From a plasmid: DNA of 64,000 bases. The DNA lies in sequence record NZ_CP054002.1, one strand, 5' to 3'. The position numbers and the translations under genes are program-made. How positions within the stretch are numbered: the first letter of the stretch is position 1; every line of letters starts with the position of its first letter. A model generated the notes under the pieces. The model was not told the origin of the DNA. It saw only the letters and a list, made by a program, of their open reading frames with translations, and made no database searches. Positions 40,605-51,942 of this stretch are shown here, piece by piece.

Positions 40605-40740
40605 TTTACTTAGAATTTATTTCAAAGATATCAAATTTGATAGTATTGAGCAAATTTCTAAGTATATTTTTTATATTTAAACTTGATATTATCAGTTAGT
40701 AGACAGATAATTAAGAATATACTTTCGGAAAAATATTCTC

Positions 40741-41340
40741 TTATCTTTTTCTGCCCTGTATGTTAATCCCTTCTATCCTTAGATACTTGTATAGGGTAGC
40801 TCTGGAAACTCCTACTATCCGGCAAACATCATCTATCGTGCCTATTTCATTTTGTAGATACTTGGTGTATTCTATAGCCGCTAGTTTAGCTTTCCTTTTA
40901 GCTTGATCTGTTAGACCGGGCTTGCGTCCTCCTATTCGTCCTTTTGCCTTTGCTGAAGTCAAACCGGCTATTGTACGCTCGGAAATTATATTTCGCTCCA
41001 TTTCTGCAATACAGCATAAAAGATGAAACGCAAACTTTCCGATTGGTGTTGATGTATTTAATTGCTCTGTTAGACTAATTAGAGCAATGTTTTTCTTTTC
41101 AAGAGCTTCTTGAAGTTTTATAAGTTCGCAGGTTCTTCTTCCTAATCGGTCTAGTTTCCACACGATAAGCTGATCTCCTGTTTTTAATTTTGCAATTAAA
41201 GCATCTAAAACAGGCTTATTTTTATTCTTTCCAGATATTTTTTCTTCACAGATGTGATCCACTCCGTATAAACGTAATGCGTCCAGTTGGAGATTTAAGC
41301 ATTGATCCGGAGTTGATACACGTGCATAACCATATTTCAT
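40741..41340 (-). CDS. second serine recombinase (resolvase/invertase family, 199 aa), distinct from the 195-aa copy
   Basis: GYARVSTPDQ catalytic motif; C-terminal HTH (VSRATLYKYL); start ~75 bp from the T-module IR at 41415. Confidence 0.85.
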   Translation of the reverse strand: MKYGYARVSTPDQCLNLQLDALRLYGVDHICEEKISGKNKNKPVLDALIAKLKTGDQLIVWKLDRLGRRTCELIKLQEALEKKNIALISLTEQLNTSTPIGKFAFHLLCCIAEMERNIISERTIAGLTSAKAKGRIGGRKPGLTDQAKRKAKLAAIEYTKYLQNEIGTIDDVCRIVGVSRATLYKYLRIEGINIQGRKR

Positions 41341-41414
41341 AATTTTTACGGCAAAAGTAGCACGTACATAGCCTTTGAAAAATATAGAGAAGGTGATTTT
41401 TGAATTTATTAAAA

Positions 41415-41435
41415 CGAACCTTTTTTTAAACTGAA
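41415..41435. repeat. 21-bp terminal IR of tra module copy B (end adjoining unique DNA next to recombinase 2)
   Basis: CGAACCTTTTTTTAAACTGAA, identical to 3594..3614. Confidence 0.85.
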
Positions 41436-41449
41436 GTTTTTTTCCTTTT

Positions 41450-41941
41450 TCAAGATCTATTTGCTACTTCAAAAATTCCGCTTTCTTTCCTTGCAATTTT
41501 GACTCTATCACGCAAAGTATCTATAATAGGAATATTCCGATCAATCCCATACATATATAAAATAGGATCGGAAGCATCACCTGATATAACTTTCACTGTC
41601 TTGTTGCCAAATACTAATTGCAAGAAATTTTGTTTTTCTGAATAATCAATCACTCTATATAATTCTAAATGTTCCTCTCGTCTTGAGATTATACCATGCC
41701 TGAAAATCAGTTCATCCTTAGTAATAATCCACTTTGTAGCAAACAGCGTGTCTATATATGTGTAACACAACATAATCCAAACGACTAAAAACAGCACCAT
41801 TAACGCATAGTGTACAGGCATTTCTAAATCCCAATAAATAGCAGAGAACGGGAGTAAAGATGCGACAACAATTATCACAAAATACTTTGAAACCCAATAA
41901 CCTAGTTTGGGCTTCAATGTTATAGCCGTTTGGTTATCCAT
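41450..41941 (-). CDS. PH-like-domain membrane protein (copy B)
   Basis: Identical to 20049..20540. Confidence 0.45.
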   Translation of the reverse strand: MDNQTAITLKPKLGYWVSKYFVIIVVASLLPFSAIYWDLEMPVHYALMVLFLVVWIMLCYTYIDTLFATKWIITKDELIFRHGIISRREEHLELYRVIDYSEKQNFLQLVFGNKTVKVISGDASDPILYMYGIDRNIPIIDTLRDRVKIARKESGIFEVANRS

Positions 41942-41944
41942 AAT

Positions 41945-42472
41945 CTAGTTCTTTATATTAGTATATTGTATAGACTTTGTATTATTCTCTGAATCCGGAA
42001 CGGAAACTGTATTTTGATAGACCTCTTTTCCATCCTGATACACTGTCATTTTCAATATAGCACCGGACTTACTTTTGCTAAGAATAATCCCTTGAGCAGA
42101 AATAACCTTCACTTCTTTAGAGGTTATATAAACTTTCCGTCCGCTAAAATACTCCGTTACAGAACTTTGTTTTAGGTCTGTGTTACTTGTTTCATCTATA
42201 ATTGATACGTTATCCGGATTAATAATAATAGCTTCAGCTGTATAATCATCCCCTGAAGCCTCTAATACTACCTTATATACAGCAGATGTATTATTAAAAA
42301 CAGGATCATCATCCGATCCACCACAAGAAACTAATACTAGAGTAGCACATAACGCAAACAAATGCAGCTTAATTTTTTTCATCATCTTTATATATTTTAA
42401 ATTCAGATCCATGTGTATGTAAAGTAAACAAACCCTTATATTTTTCTTTCTAGAAATTTTCTCTGCTATCAA
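41945..42472 (-). CDS. lipoprotein (copy B)
   Basis: Identical to 19518..20045. Confidence 0.5.
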   Translation of the reverse strand: MIAEKISRKKNIRVCLLYIHMDLNLKYIKMMKKIKLHLFALCATLVLVSCGGSDDDPVFNNTSAVYKVVLEASGDDYTAEAIIINPDNVSIIDETSNTDLKQSSVTEYFSGRKVYITSKEVKVISAQGIILSKSKSGAILKMTVYQDGKEVYQNTVSVPDSENNTKSIQYTNIKN

Positions 42473-42589
42473 AAATAGCTATTGCCGTTGCCATCAATAA
42501 ACCCAAATTGATCTGTTTCTACAATAAACAAATCGCTCGTTTCTGATAACTTGCTAAAATCTTTAAAAAACTGAACCTTCATATTTTTC

Positions 42590-43069
42590 TTATTTAGTCG
42601 TAGCTTTCATCCTTCCCCAGCACGTTTTCATATCGGGAGCGAGTAAAAACTCGCCAACTCTCTCCTGCCTAGCCTTTAAACTAGGTGGAACAATTGCATA
42701 CTTGCATTTCAATAGTTTGGCTAACACCTCCGTACTATCTCTATCCTTATACTCCATTTTCTTTTTCTCTATCCATTTTAAATTATCTTTAGCCTTGGTG
42801 TAATCAGAGAAAAGCGGTTTTACCAAAGCACGAGGATTCTCCGCTCTTTCTATCATCTGTACCTGTTGAGCAGCTTTACTATCCAAATACAATAAGCTGT
42901 CGGAAACTGTAACATCTTTTTCGTCAAGCAACTCTATCAATTCAAACTTAAGATCAGTCCAAGTACCGTTTTCATCGGTTTGAAGCCAATCCGCTATTGC
43001 CTTTTCATATTCAGTTGATCCACACGAAGATAAGGCAAATAATAAAACTATCAATATCCTACTTTTCAT
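42590..43069 (-). CDS. lipoprotein (copy B)
   Basis: Identical to 18921..19400. Confidence 0.5.
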   Translation of the reverse strand: MKSRILIVLLFALSSCGSTEYEKAIADWLQTDENGTWTDLKFELIELLDEKDVTVSDSLLYLDSKAAQQVQMIERAENPRALVKPLFSDYTKAKDNLKWIEKKKMEYKDRDSTEVLAKLLKCKYAIVPPSLKARQERVGEFLLAPDMKTCWGRMKATTK

Positions 43070-43106
43070 ATATTATTTTTTTTATATTTTCACAAAAATA
43101 CCTCTT

Positions 43107-45062
43107 TTATTCCTTCCATGCCTTATGATTATGATCTTTCGGCATGTTTTTTTCCTTATTTTTATTGTCCGTTTCTGTCTTATTCTTTACATCTTCCAAG
43201 ATCGCATTTACTTTTGAAATGATTGAAAGATAATGTTGACTAACTATTTCTTCCATTATATCATACTCTAATTCTTCTTTGCCATCTCCCAAATTTACAG
43301 GTTTGGAAAAAGCCGGAATATCCTTATCTATAAACTTACACATATTAAATTGTGTATTAAAATAAGGTGGTTTTCCGCCAGCGACCTTTCCGATGAAGTG
43401 ACCAACACTTTGTCCGGCAACTTCACGAGCCTTTACTACTTTCTCCTTTTGCAGAGATTCGGTCATGCTTCCAGTACCGGATTCTTGATGTGAGAACGAT
43501 TCCTGTGCTTCTTTCGTTTCTCCCAAAAGATTTTCTAGATCCTTTGCTGTCTTTTCGTTACCGGTCATTCCATAGGCTTGGCTACCACAAGAAGATCGCA
43601 GGATATTTGCACTTTTCTCTCCATAATCCCGGATTGCTTGATTAAAGTCCTGTACGGCTAAGATTGTAGCTACATTGTGTTTACGTGCTGTACCTATAAA
43701 TACATCTATACCTTGCAAATTTACCGTTGGAAATTCATCCACCATAAAAACGCTCTTTTGTTTGCCGGGATTATTCATTTGCGACATGACAACGCTAGCG
43801 ATACAACTAACAGGAGGAGATACAGCTTCTTTAATTGAAGGAGCATTGCCTATACACAATAGTGTAGGATGATCCGGATTAGTTATATCTAGTGAATATT
43901 CTTCTTCCGGAAGTGGTGATAGAACCCAAAAGATGTATTTATTGTTAAGCAAAACAAGCGGAGTCTGTGCGGAAGATACCGCACCAGCGGTCTGCTGCTG
44001 TGCGCCTAAACGCCATGCGGTTAACATGGAAGACATGTTTAGCGCAATTTCCGCATCCTCAGAGAGCCATTTAAAGACCAGATCACTATCTGATAATGCA
44101 AAAGCGATTACATGGGGTAAAGTTCCTATTCCCTTTGCTCGTTCTTTGTAACATTTATAAGCAATTGAATATACATAGTTAATCGCATTGTTCGCCCAGA
44201 AATCAGTTTTTTCCTTCCATGAACTTTCAAGGTTTTTCATTAAGGTAGTAGCGATATTACGAATAAACAAGGATTCGCTTCCTTTAGGGACATATTTTTC
44301 CGAAAGTACATTAACACGAACCGTCCGGGACATGTCTACAAAATTTATGAAAGCAAAGGCTGGTGTAGGTACATTTTTTCTCTTAAAATATTCTATACTA
44401 CCGTATGCGATCCGGGACAAAATAGGTGAACCCGGTTTACTAGGATCTCCTTCCCAATCATATACAAATCCGGCATAGTTACGCTCTGCACATTGATAGA
44501 TGATGCCTTTAATCCAGCTTTCCGATTTTCCAGATCCCGGACCACCGTCAATATAAAGATTTTGCTGTGGCTTATGGATTCTAAGATTTCCTTCTACTGT
44601 TTCAAAATCAAAATAAAACTCTGATTTTTCATGTGATACACCAAAGATAGATTTATCAGATACCACATGCCGTTTAAGGTAAAAACCGGCTGTTTGGATA
44701 ACTAGTATTGTAAATCCTATAAATACTATCGGAAAAACTAATAAATTGTACCATGATAGAACATTACTGAAGCCTAATATTAGGGCTATTGCTAAGATTA
44801 ATGTAGTGGCAGTATATACATATTTCAAGGATTCATCTCTTCTCTTTTGTACAGGGAATAGGAAAGCCAACCCAGCTAATAATACTACATATAGGAATCG
44901 AAACATAATAGCTTTGCGTAAAAACTTTCCCAACTGCAATAATACAGCTGGGCTTGGTGAACAAAGATCATTCACCAAAACCCACTGAAAGATTATCACA
45001 CCCCCGATTATTACGGAAAGCAATATAAAGACAAATGATAATTCCTTCTTTGCTGGTTCCAT
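43107..45062 (-). CDS. type IV coupling protein (copy B)
   Basis: Identical to 16928..18883. Confidence 0.8.
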   Translation of the reverse strand: MEPAKKELSFVFILLSVIIGGVIIFQWVLVNDLCSPSPAVLLQLGKFLRKAIMFRFLYVVLLAGLAFLFPVQKRRDESLKYVYTATTLILAIALILGFSNVLSWYNLLVFPIVFIGFTILVIQTAGFYLKRHVVSDKSIFGVSHEKSEFYFDFETVEGNLRIHKPQQNLYIDGGPGSGKSESWIKGIIYQCAERNYAGFVYDWEGDPSKPGSPILSRIAYGSIEYFKRKNVPTPAFAFINFVDMSRTVRVNVLSEKYVPKGSESLFIRNIATTLMKNLESSWKEKTDFWANNAINYVYSIAYKCYKERAKGIGTLPHVIAFALSDSDLVFKWLSEDAEIALNMSSMLTAWRLGAQQQTAGAVSSAQTPLVLLNNKYIFWVLSPLPEEEYSLDITNPDHPTLLCIGNAPSIKEAVSPPVSCIASVVMSQMNNPGKQKSVFMVDEFPTVNLQGIDVFIGTARKHNVATILAVQDFNQAIRDYGEKSANILRSSCGSQAYGMTGNEKTAKDLENLLGETKEAQESFSHQESGTGSMTESLQKEKVVKAREVAGQSVGHFIGKVAGGKPPYFNTQFNMCKFIDKDIPAFSKPVNLGDGKEELEYDIMEEIVSQHYLSIISKVNAILEDVKNKTETDNKNKEKNMPKDHNHKAWKE

Positions 45063-45358
45063 TATTCTTTATTCTTGCTAGAGAGTAATTGAACCTTATC
45101 TACACTCATAGTTACTGAAGGGACTGTATCACCAGTATCACGCTTAAAGATACCGACAGTGATTTCCCCATACACATGAACCATAGTTCCTGTTTTTAAA
45201 AACTCCGCAACCTTTGTTTCGTAATTTAAGAAACAACAGATCCACAACGTTTTTTCTTCGTTTCCCTCTTTATATTTAGTGGAAACATTGAATGAATAAC
45301 CTTTCTGTGTTTTCTTGGCATCTGATCCAAGATAACCCGTAACATGACCTATAAACAT
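45062..45358 (-). CDS. ssb: SSB-like protein (copy B)
   Basis: Identical to 16632..16928. Confidence 0.5.
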   Translation of the reverse strand: MFIGHVTGYLGSDAKKTQKGYSFNVSTKYKEGNEEKTLWICCFLNYETKVAEFLKTGTMVHVYGEITVGIFKRDTGDTVPSVTMSVDKVQLLSSKNKE

Positions 45359-45361
45359 ACG

Positions 45362-46672
45362 CTAAAAATTTAAAGATAATTGTTTGACTTCATTTTTATT
45401 TTTTGATTCGGAAAATTGTAGGGAAGGAGTAGGATCATCCAACTTTATATTAAATATATTCTGTGCGGCAATATATATTTTCGGATCTGCATCCTTTAAC
45501 GCATCAAGTTCCTTTGCAGACAGTTTATATCCCTGCTCCTTTAGGTTAACCAATTCCTTAAACGAACCGGCTAGCGCAGCAGCTAGAGCTATATTAAAAG
45601 CTGGTGATAATTTTTCATCATTCCGGGTTTCAGAAAAATCCTTGCTATCATCTACTTTTTTATTCTCTATATGCTTGCATTCTTCCTGTTGCTTTTCCTG
45701 TTCTTCCTTCTTCAATAACTCATACTTGCAGACTTCATTCAAAATCATAGTGCTAGCCTTACCTACATCAACTAATACGGAATAGAGGAATTTAGGTTCT
45801 TTTTTGATCGCTCCGAGCCAGTTTTTTAAATACTGTGCGTTTTCTTCCCGGACTCCGGAAACGATACCTAGAGAACGGCAAGAAACAGCAGCGGTAAATT
45901 CTGCGATTAATTCTTCTTTTGCATATTTGGGATCACCAAACATGTTTTTCATTTCACGTCCTAAACGGGTATCTATACCGGTTGAATGTGCCATCTCATG
46001 TAACAATGTGCTATAAAATCCTTCTCCTGTATAGAATTGACCTTTAAGGGGTAAATATATCTTGTCCTCTGAAGGACGAAAAAAAGCCTTGTCAGAGAAA
46101 GAAGAAATAATAGGACATAACCATGTACCGTGTTTTATCATGTGATCCAACTCTGGCGATGAAAACATTCCCTGCTCATCTTTCAATTTAGGACAACTAA
46201 ATTTATCCTTCAATGCCTTCCATTGTTCCGGATATACTTCCGCAAAGTTTGTTTGATCAACATTGAACACGTGATAAGGTTTAGTATAAGGAATAACGGT
46301 ATATTCTTTCTGCTCTTCCTTAGTCAAAGCCTTATAATCATCCATCGAAATTTTATTCCCCTTATCGTCTTTAATCATAAAATTCCAAAATAGGACAGGA
46401 AAAGCCGATGCTCCTTTGTTTATGTGAAGCCCTTGTTTCTTTGCTTGCGGAAAAGTCATATATACAGGTGTCTGGAAACTACGTTCCTCTTGAAGAAGAA
46501 AAAGCATGAAGGAATTGATTCCATTATAAACACGCCCATCAATATTTTGTGGTAATCCATATCCTGTTGTTGTAAACCAAGGTTTATGCCAATCCGCATC
46601 GACTTCCGTAAGTTTCTTAACCATAAGATCCGCAAATTTTTGCAGAGCCTTATCATTTGCCTGACCATCCAT
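45362..46672 (-). CDS. ardC: ArdC-like antirestriction protein with the shared C-terminal module (copy B)
   Basis: Identical to 15318..16628. Confidence 0.8.
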   Translation of the reverse strand: MDGQANDKALQKFADLMVKKLTEVDADWHKPWFTTTGYGLPQNIDGRVYNGINSFMLFLLQEERSFQTPVYMTFPQAKKQGLHINKGASAFPVLFWNFMIKDDKGNKISMDDYKALTKEEQKEYTVIPYTKPYHVFNVDQTNFAEVYPEQWKALKDKFSCPKLKDEQGMFSSPELDHMIKHGTWLCPIISSFSDKAFFRPSEDKIYLPLKGQFYTGEGFYSTLLHEMAHSTGIDTRLGREMKNMFGDPKYAKEELIAEFTAAVSCRSLGIVSGVREENAQYLKNWLGAIKKEPKFLYSVLVDVGKASTMILNEVCKYELLKKEEQEKQQEECKHIENKKVDDSKDFSETRNDEKLSPAFNIALAAALAGSFKELVNLKEQGYKLSAKELDALKDADPKIYIAAQNIFNIKLDDPTPSLQFSESKNKNEVKQLSLNF

Positions 46673-46675
46673 GAC

Positions 46676-46864
46676 TTATTGATAAAGGTGTTCATTTTCA
46701 TATTTTAGCAACCATTCAGCAGCGTTTTCCGCATTCGGGCTAACTCCTTCAGCTTGCATATCCGCAACGTAGAGAGCCGCTAAATCTTCTTGAGCTAATA
46801 AAAATTCAAGATCGTCAATCTCTCCAGTCTGATTCTTTTCTACCAATTTGTTGTAATCTTCCAT
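46676..46864 (-). CDS. 62-aa hypothetical (copy B)
   Basis: Identical to 15126..15314. Confidence 0.4.
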   Translation of the reverse strand: MEDYNKLVEKNQTGEIDDLEFLLAQEDLAALYVADMQAEGVSPNAENAAEWLLKYENEHLYQ

Positions 46865-46914
46865 GATATTTATTTTTAAGTGATAACATTTTTACTTTCG
46901 GAAAAATCTATTAA

Positions 46915-48726
46915 TTATAAATCGGCAAACATTTTATTTACCGTATTGGCGAGAGGACGCTTTAGATCTTTTTCTGCACTTTGTTGACCTTGTGCTAGCT
47001 TAACATCTCCGAGCGTATTAGCAGAGCCTTTCAGATTAAATATCTTCTGAACGGCTATCATCGTATTGCCAGATGCAGTTTCATTCAAAGACTGAATCAA
47101 CTCTTTGGAAGGTTGATAGCCTTGTTCCTTCAGTTGTGACATCTTTACAAAATCGCCTTTCTCTACTGCTTCTTTAAATTCTTTATCTAGTTCCGGAGAA
47201 ACCTTAGCACTAGCAGGATCAGCATTAAGCTCTACCTTTGCTTCTTTGGATTCTTCCTTTGCTTGTGTTACTTCTTCCGCTTTTTGCACTTCAGGTTTCA
47301 TCCCAAATAGTTTTTCTATAACGATAGCTTGCGTCTGATCAATCTTTGTATCTTGTCCCAAACCTCTAATAACTTCCTCTGAAGGCTTGTAACCTTCCTC
47401 TTTCAAACTAGCTATTTTTTCATAGTCATTCTTGACAACGGCTTCTCTTAACTCCTTGTCAAGATCTCGATCAGGAACAGGATCCTTACCCGTTACTTTC
47501 TCCTGATATTGTTCCCGGATCTTCTCGACTTTAAAGCCTTCTTCTTTCAATTCCTTTTCAGTTGTACCTTTGGCGATTATTCCTTCTTTTTCTAACATAT
47601 CCCCAGCCTTTAACCTAATGCGTGCTTCAAGATCATAATTATAGTTTTTATCCGGATTTTCATCTTTCAGATAAGATAGGTATTCCTTATGTTCTGTGGC
47701 AAAATGGCTGTTTATTAATTGCTCATACCTTTTATCCTTCAACTCGTCTATATCGATTTTTCCGGTACGCTGCATATCCTTTAGCTTATCATTAAGATAC
47801 TCTTTATCCTTTGCCATTTCTCTTGCCTGTAAAATCTGCTGTGCCTTTGTTTCCGATATTTTCTGGATGTTTGAGAAAGCATATCCTTTCTTATCCGGAA
47901 GCATAGCTATATCTGTAATTATGTAACCTTCAGGAGTGTGGATCATTTTGTTATCTAAAGAATGACCATTCGCTAAAAGATACTTATCTGCTGCGGTCAA
48001 TTCGTAATCTCCAATTTTAGCAGGAACAGACAATTCTTTTTCCGAACGTACCACCACAGCGTTGAGATCCTTATCGACCTGAAGAAGTATATCTCCTTTT
48101 TTTGTTGACAAGACTATCACATTGCCATCAAGTAGATCTTGCTTCTGTTGCTTCGATAATTTCTTTCCGTAAATGCGATCCGGTATGGTTAACGCTTCCT
48201 TCCTATATATAATAGAAGTACCGTGTTCATGCAACCGAACTTTAGCTGGTTTACCATTGATATCCATTAATCCGGATAATACACCCTTCTCTAACTTTGT
48301 GCCTTTCCCGTCTAACGAGTAACCATTTTGCAAAGCATACTCATATAGTTCTTTTCCGGTATAACAGATTTTATTTTTATGATCGATCACAGTAAAACGA
48401 TCTTTGGCATCATTTTTTAGATCACCCCAGTTAACAATATCAACCCCTTCATTTTTTAATACGCTTTTATAGTCGGGAGATAAAGCCTGATCCCGATTAA
48501 AGAACTGGCAAACACGATCCATAGAAGCCTTTTCCGCAGATAAATCCGGTTCTCGCTTTGTGTGTGAACGTATCTTATCCATATCGATACGAAATACTTC
48601 GTCATTCCGGGTAAAAAGCAAAGAACCCTTGTTATAGGCTTCTTTGTAACCTAAACTTTCCGCAATCGCCCTAAATTGCCCGACATTATTATATTGATAT
48701 TCTGTTAGAACCTCTTGTAGCTTCAT
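46915..48726 (-). CDS. 603-aa protein with two copies of the shared module (copy B)
   Basis: Identical to 13264..15075. Confidence 0.7.
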   Translation of the reverse strand: MKLQEVLTEYQYNNVGQFRAIAESLGYKEAYNKGSLLFTRNDEVFRIDMDKIRSHTKREPDLSAEKASMDRVCQFFNRDQALSPDYKSVLKNEGVDIVNWGDLKNDAKDRFTVIDHKNKICYTGKELYEYALQNGYSLDGKGTKLEKGVLSGLMDINGKPAKVRLHEHGTSIIYRKEALTIPDRIYGKKLSKQQKQDLLDGNVIVLSTKKGDILLQVDKDLNAVVVRSEKELSVPAKIGDYELTAADKYLLANGHSLDNKMIHTPEGYIITDIAMLPDKKGYAFSNIQKISETKAQQILQAREMAKDKEYLNDKLKDMQRTGKIDIDELKDKRYEQLINSHFATEHKEYLSYLKDENPDKNYNYDLEARIRLKAGDMLEKEGIIAKGTTEKELKEEGFKVEKIREQYQEKVTGKDPVPDRDLDKELREAVVKNDYEKIASLKEEGYKPSEEVIRGLGQDTKIDQTQAIVIEKLFGMKPEVQKAEEVTQAKEESKEAKVELNADPASAKVSPELDKEFKEAVEKGDFVKMSQLKEQGYQPSKELIQSLNETASGNTMIAVQKIFNLKGSANTLGDVKLAQGQQSAEKDLKRPLANTVNKMFADL

Positions 48727-48731
48727 GACAA

Positions 48732-49862
48732 TTATTTTAATAATTCAGCGGACAATATATATTCATTCAATATAGATAATTTCATATGCCTTCCCCCACC
48801 TCTTTCAAACATTTCGATCTCAAAAACCTTATCATCCGGGATAGTGAACTTATTGAATGCTAGGACAAAGCGATTTTGGCTTTTGCCCAATATCTTTTTA
48901 TCAAAGTCTTTTTGTTCTACCGGATCATACGGAACTTCCTGCTGGATAGAGTTCTTAACCTTCTTCTGATCACGAAGGAAGCATTTAATAAAATCAACGT
49001 CATAATCTATATTTGAGAAGTTTTTTATATCAAATACAAAAAACATGAAATCATCTTTTACATATAGGTTTGCAAGGGACATCTCAAACTTATTTTTTAT
49101 AACTCCCAAGCTGAAGATATTACGCTTTTTATAGTGCAGTTTATTGATAAGATTATCCATCTCTATGCTATTTACATCAATGTGTGCAATATATTTGCGA
49201 CCATCGTCAAAGTTGTAAGAGTAAGTAAGAGCATGGTCTTTAAACAAGGTAATTTCATAGGTATTCAGATCTTTATCGATAACAAACAGATTAGAAGGTT
49301 CAAAGGCATCAAAAGTTGTACCAACTTTAACCATATTATTATAATACTCAACCCCGAAAACTTCTTCATTTCCTTGTTTCAGATATAACACATCTGCTGG
49401 AAAAAACATTTCTGTAGTATTGTTATTATTGACTATTACGTTATAACAACGTGATCTATCCACATCACCGGCATATACGATATTTCCGCAGTGATCCGTC
49501 ATTCCCGGTAACAGATAGGATATTTTATAAGAATAGACATTCCCGTTTGTACAAACTATGATAAGGTTTGTCGTTCCTGAAAAATCTTCTTCCTGTGCCG
49601 TTATGCGGACAACATTAGGAACATTATCCACCCGTTCCACTTTTACATAATCTTCACGACCATACGAAATGTCACTTACTTGTGCAGGAAGTACTATATG
49701 TTTCGTTTTATCAAACGAAACATAAATTGTTTGGGAGTCCAGTTCTTTTTTTTCCTGTGCAGAAATGGAGAATGGAACACAAAACATGATTAATATAAAA
49801 AGCAATGTTTTCATTTTACAAAACCAATAAAAATATTTATAATCCAAAGCAGAACGAAACAA
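48732..49862 (-). CDS. traN: TraN-like protein, intact (376 aa)
   Basis: Full-length version of the frameshifted copy-A gene. Confidence 0.6.
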   Translation of the reverse strand: MFRSALDYKYFYWFCKMKTLLFILIMFCVPFSISAQEKKELDSQTIYVSFDKTKHIVLPAQVSDISYGREDYVKVERVDNVPNVVRITAQEEDFSGTTNLIIVCTNGNVYSYKISYLLPGMTDHCGNIVYAGDVDRSRCYNVIVNNNNTTEMFFPADVLYLKQGNEEVFGVEYYNNMVKVGTTFDAFEPSNLFVIDKDLNTYEITLFKDHALTYSYNFDDGRKYIAHIDVNSIEMDNLINKLHYKKRNIFSLGVIKNKFEMSLANLYVKDDFMFFVFDIKNFSNIDYDVDFIKCFLRDQKKVKNSIQQEVPYDPVEQKDFDKKILGKSQNRFVLAFNKFTIPDDKVFEIEMFERGGGRHMKLSILNEYILSAELLK

Positions 49863-49990
49863 GATATTAAACTATACATCAGTACTTTCATTTCTGCTAT
49901 CTTTTTCCCTTTAGAGCGTTCTATAAAGAACCTATAAGCCAAAAATACAGTAGCTACAGCTACCATAAAATTAAGTATATCAATTATCAT
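49811..49990 (-). CDS. 59-aa translationally coupled small membrane protein (copy B)
   Basis: Identical to 12001..12180. Confidence 0.4.
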   Translation of the reverse strand: MIIDILNFMVAVATVFLAYRFFIERSKGKKIAEMKVLMYSLISCFVLLWIINIFIGFVK

Positions 49991-51299
49991 TATAATGCTT
50001 CAATTAGTTGGGTTAAAGGATTCTTTTTCTTTGGTTCATTCTGCTGCATCTGCATTTCTCTATACAGACGTTCTATTTCAGCTTCTTCTTCCTCTCTCTT
50101 TTTTCTGTCTTCATTAGTTTCTTCCTTGATATACATATTATAGTTAGCTTTTAAATGAACCTTTACTTGAGAAAGGCTTTGATTTAAAATTTGTCTAGTA
50201 ACCTGTGTAGTGGCTGTGATCGCACTAGTTACCTCACTTGTTACTGTGCCAATAGAAGAAATCGGAAGCTGCACGCTTGAAGCAAGCCCTGTTCCATTTT
50301 TCGAGCAGCTTCAGCTTTCATGTTATTGGGTAAATTCAATCCCTCAATCGCATCAGAATCATAAATAGTAAAAGCGACAGGACTTATATATTTCCCATAT
50401 CGTATGTTCTCTACCGTAATTTTCAAACGAGTAGAGCCGACACTAGCATTTCCGTAGAAGATCGTATTTGCAGGGATCTCAACGCCACCAACCCATAAAG
50501 GCTCTAACAAGCGCATCCGGACAGCACTTCCACTAACAATGGTCTGATCTCCATAAATAGCAGCTTTGATAAGATTGACTTTTTGGTCAATAGTAAACTG
50601 TGACCGGCGACGCCGTTTTCCATTTTCCACTATAAAAGTCGGCTTTGAAGCTTTCTCAACTTTAGGAACAGAATCATTTACTTTCGGAAAAATATTCTCT
50701 TGAGATTTCTCTATATCTTTTCCTGATGCTTGATCCTGATATTTCTTTCTCATTTCATCCCGGAATCTTGCATTTTCTTCTAGCTCTTTGCGTATTCTTT
50801 CCTCTTTCTTTGCTTCCTTGACTATCTGATTAAAGGTTTCTTGATCCTCAATATCATTTAGTTGTTGGCGCATTTTATCAGAAAATGCACTGTTAGATTT
50901 TTTTCCTCGCTCCTTGTATTCGCTAGTAACTTCGTCCAATGGATCTTTCTTCATTTTTTCAATACGAGCTTTCATTTTCTCGTTGTATTCGTCTTCGGAT
51001 GTCTGCATTTCAAAATAGAAATCGCTTCCTTTTACTTGTGATTTTTCCAATTCACGTTTCTTACGAGCAGCTTCTTCTTGTTCACGTTTATAAGCATCTA
51101 CCTTATTAGCGATCTTCTTTTCTCCTTCTGTGTCCGGTTCAAGAAAAGCCTGATTCACTTCTTCTGTATTGGATGCTGATTCAGCCGGTTTTTCTTTTTT
51201 ACCAAAGAAAACTATTACAAACAGTACGCCCAAAAGCAGAGGTACTAACATTAACAATTTGTTTTTGTCCTTCAACGCTTCTCTTAAAAAGTTTCCCAT
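49990..51299 (-). pseudogene. traM: TraM-like protein, frameshifted (352 aa + 94 aa), at a different site from copy A
   Basis: ORFs 50241..51299 and 49990..50274 overlap in different frames. Confidence 0.5.
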
Positions 51300-51306
51300 A
51301 GCTCCA

Positions 51307-51936
51307 TTATTTTAATTTTTCTTCATCTGTTATTTCTCGTGGTTCCGAATATCGAACGTCCCAGCTTTCGATTTTAACACCGTGAGAGTTTTCACGTGAT
51401 CGAGATACATCATATAGAGTAAAGTTCACAGAAATATCACGTGCTACGCTCCCCCTAGCACGATAGCCGGTTTGCGTAAACAGTATATCCCCGGATATCG
51501 GAACTGTTTGCATATTGATATGTATATCCTTGATTATAACGCCATAGCGTATATTTTTCTGAATCAAAGAATTAAGCATATTAATATCGTTATATTCGTT
51601 GTAAAGCTCTTTTCCTCGATTACCAATCAAATTAAGAGCTAATGTTACGTTATTCTCATAAGTGCTTTCATCGAAGGAGTACCACAGCGAAACAAATGTT
51701 TTGATATGATTTTCATATTCATACTTTCGCATCGCTGCGGATTCAATGGCTGCAACATCGTAAACCTGTCCTGAAGTATCAAGTACTAAAGCCTTCGTAT
51801 AAGCCGCATCTATCTTGTTTGACAAATAGAAGAAACAGACAGTAAATGCAATACCCATAATCAGACAACAAGAAGATGCAACAATCACAGTTGTTTTAAA
51901 AGCCTGATCCACTGTTTTAAATTTTGTAAGATTCAT
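51307..51936 (-). CDS. traK: TraK-like protein (copy B)
   Basis: Identical to 10056..10685. Confidence 0.55.
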   Translation of the reverse strand: MNLTKFKTVDQAFKTTVIVASSCCLIMGIAFTVCFFYLSNKIDAAYTKALVLDTSGQVYDVAAIESAAMRKYEYENHIKTFVSLWYSFDESTYENNVTLALNLIGNRGKELYNEYNDINMLNSLIQKNIRYGVIIKDIHINMQTVPISGDILFTQTGYRARGSVARDISVNFTLYDVSRSRENSHGVKIESWDVRYSEPREITDEEKLK

Positions 51937-51942
51937 ATTTAT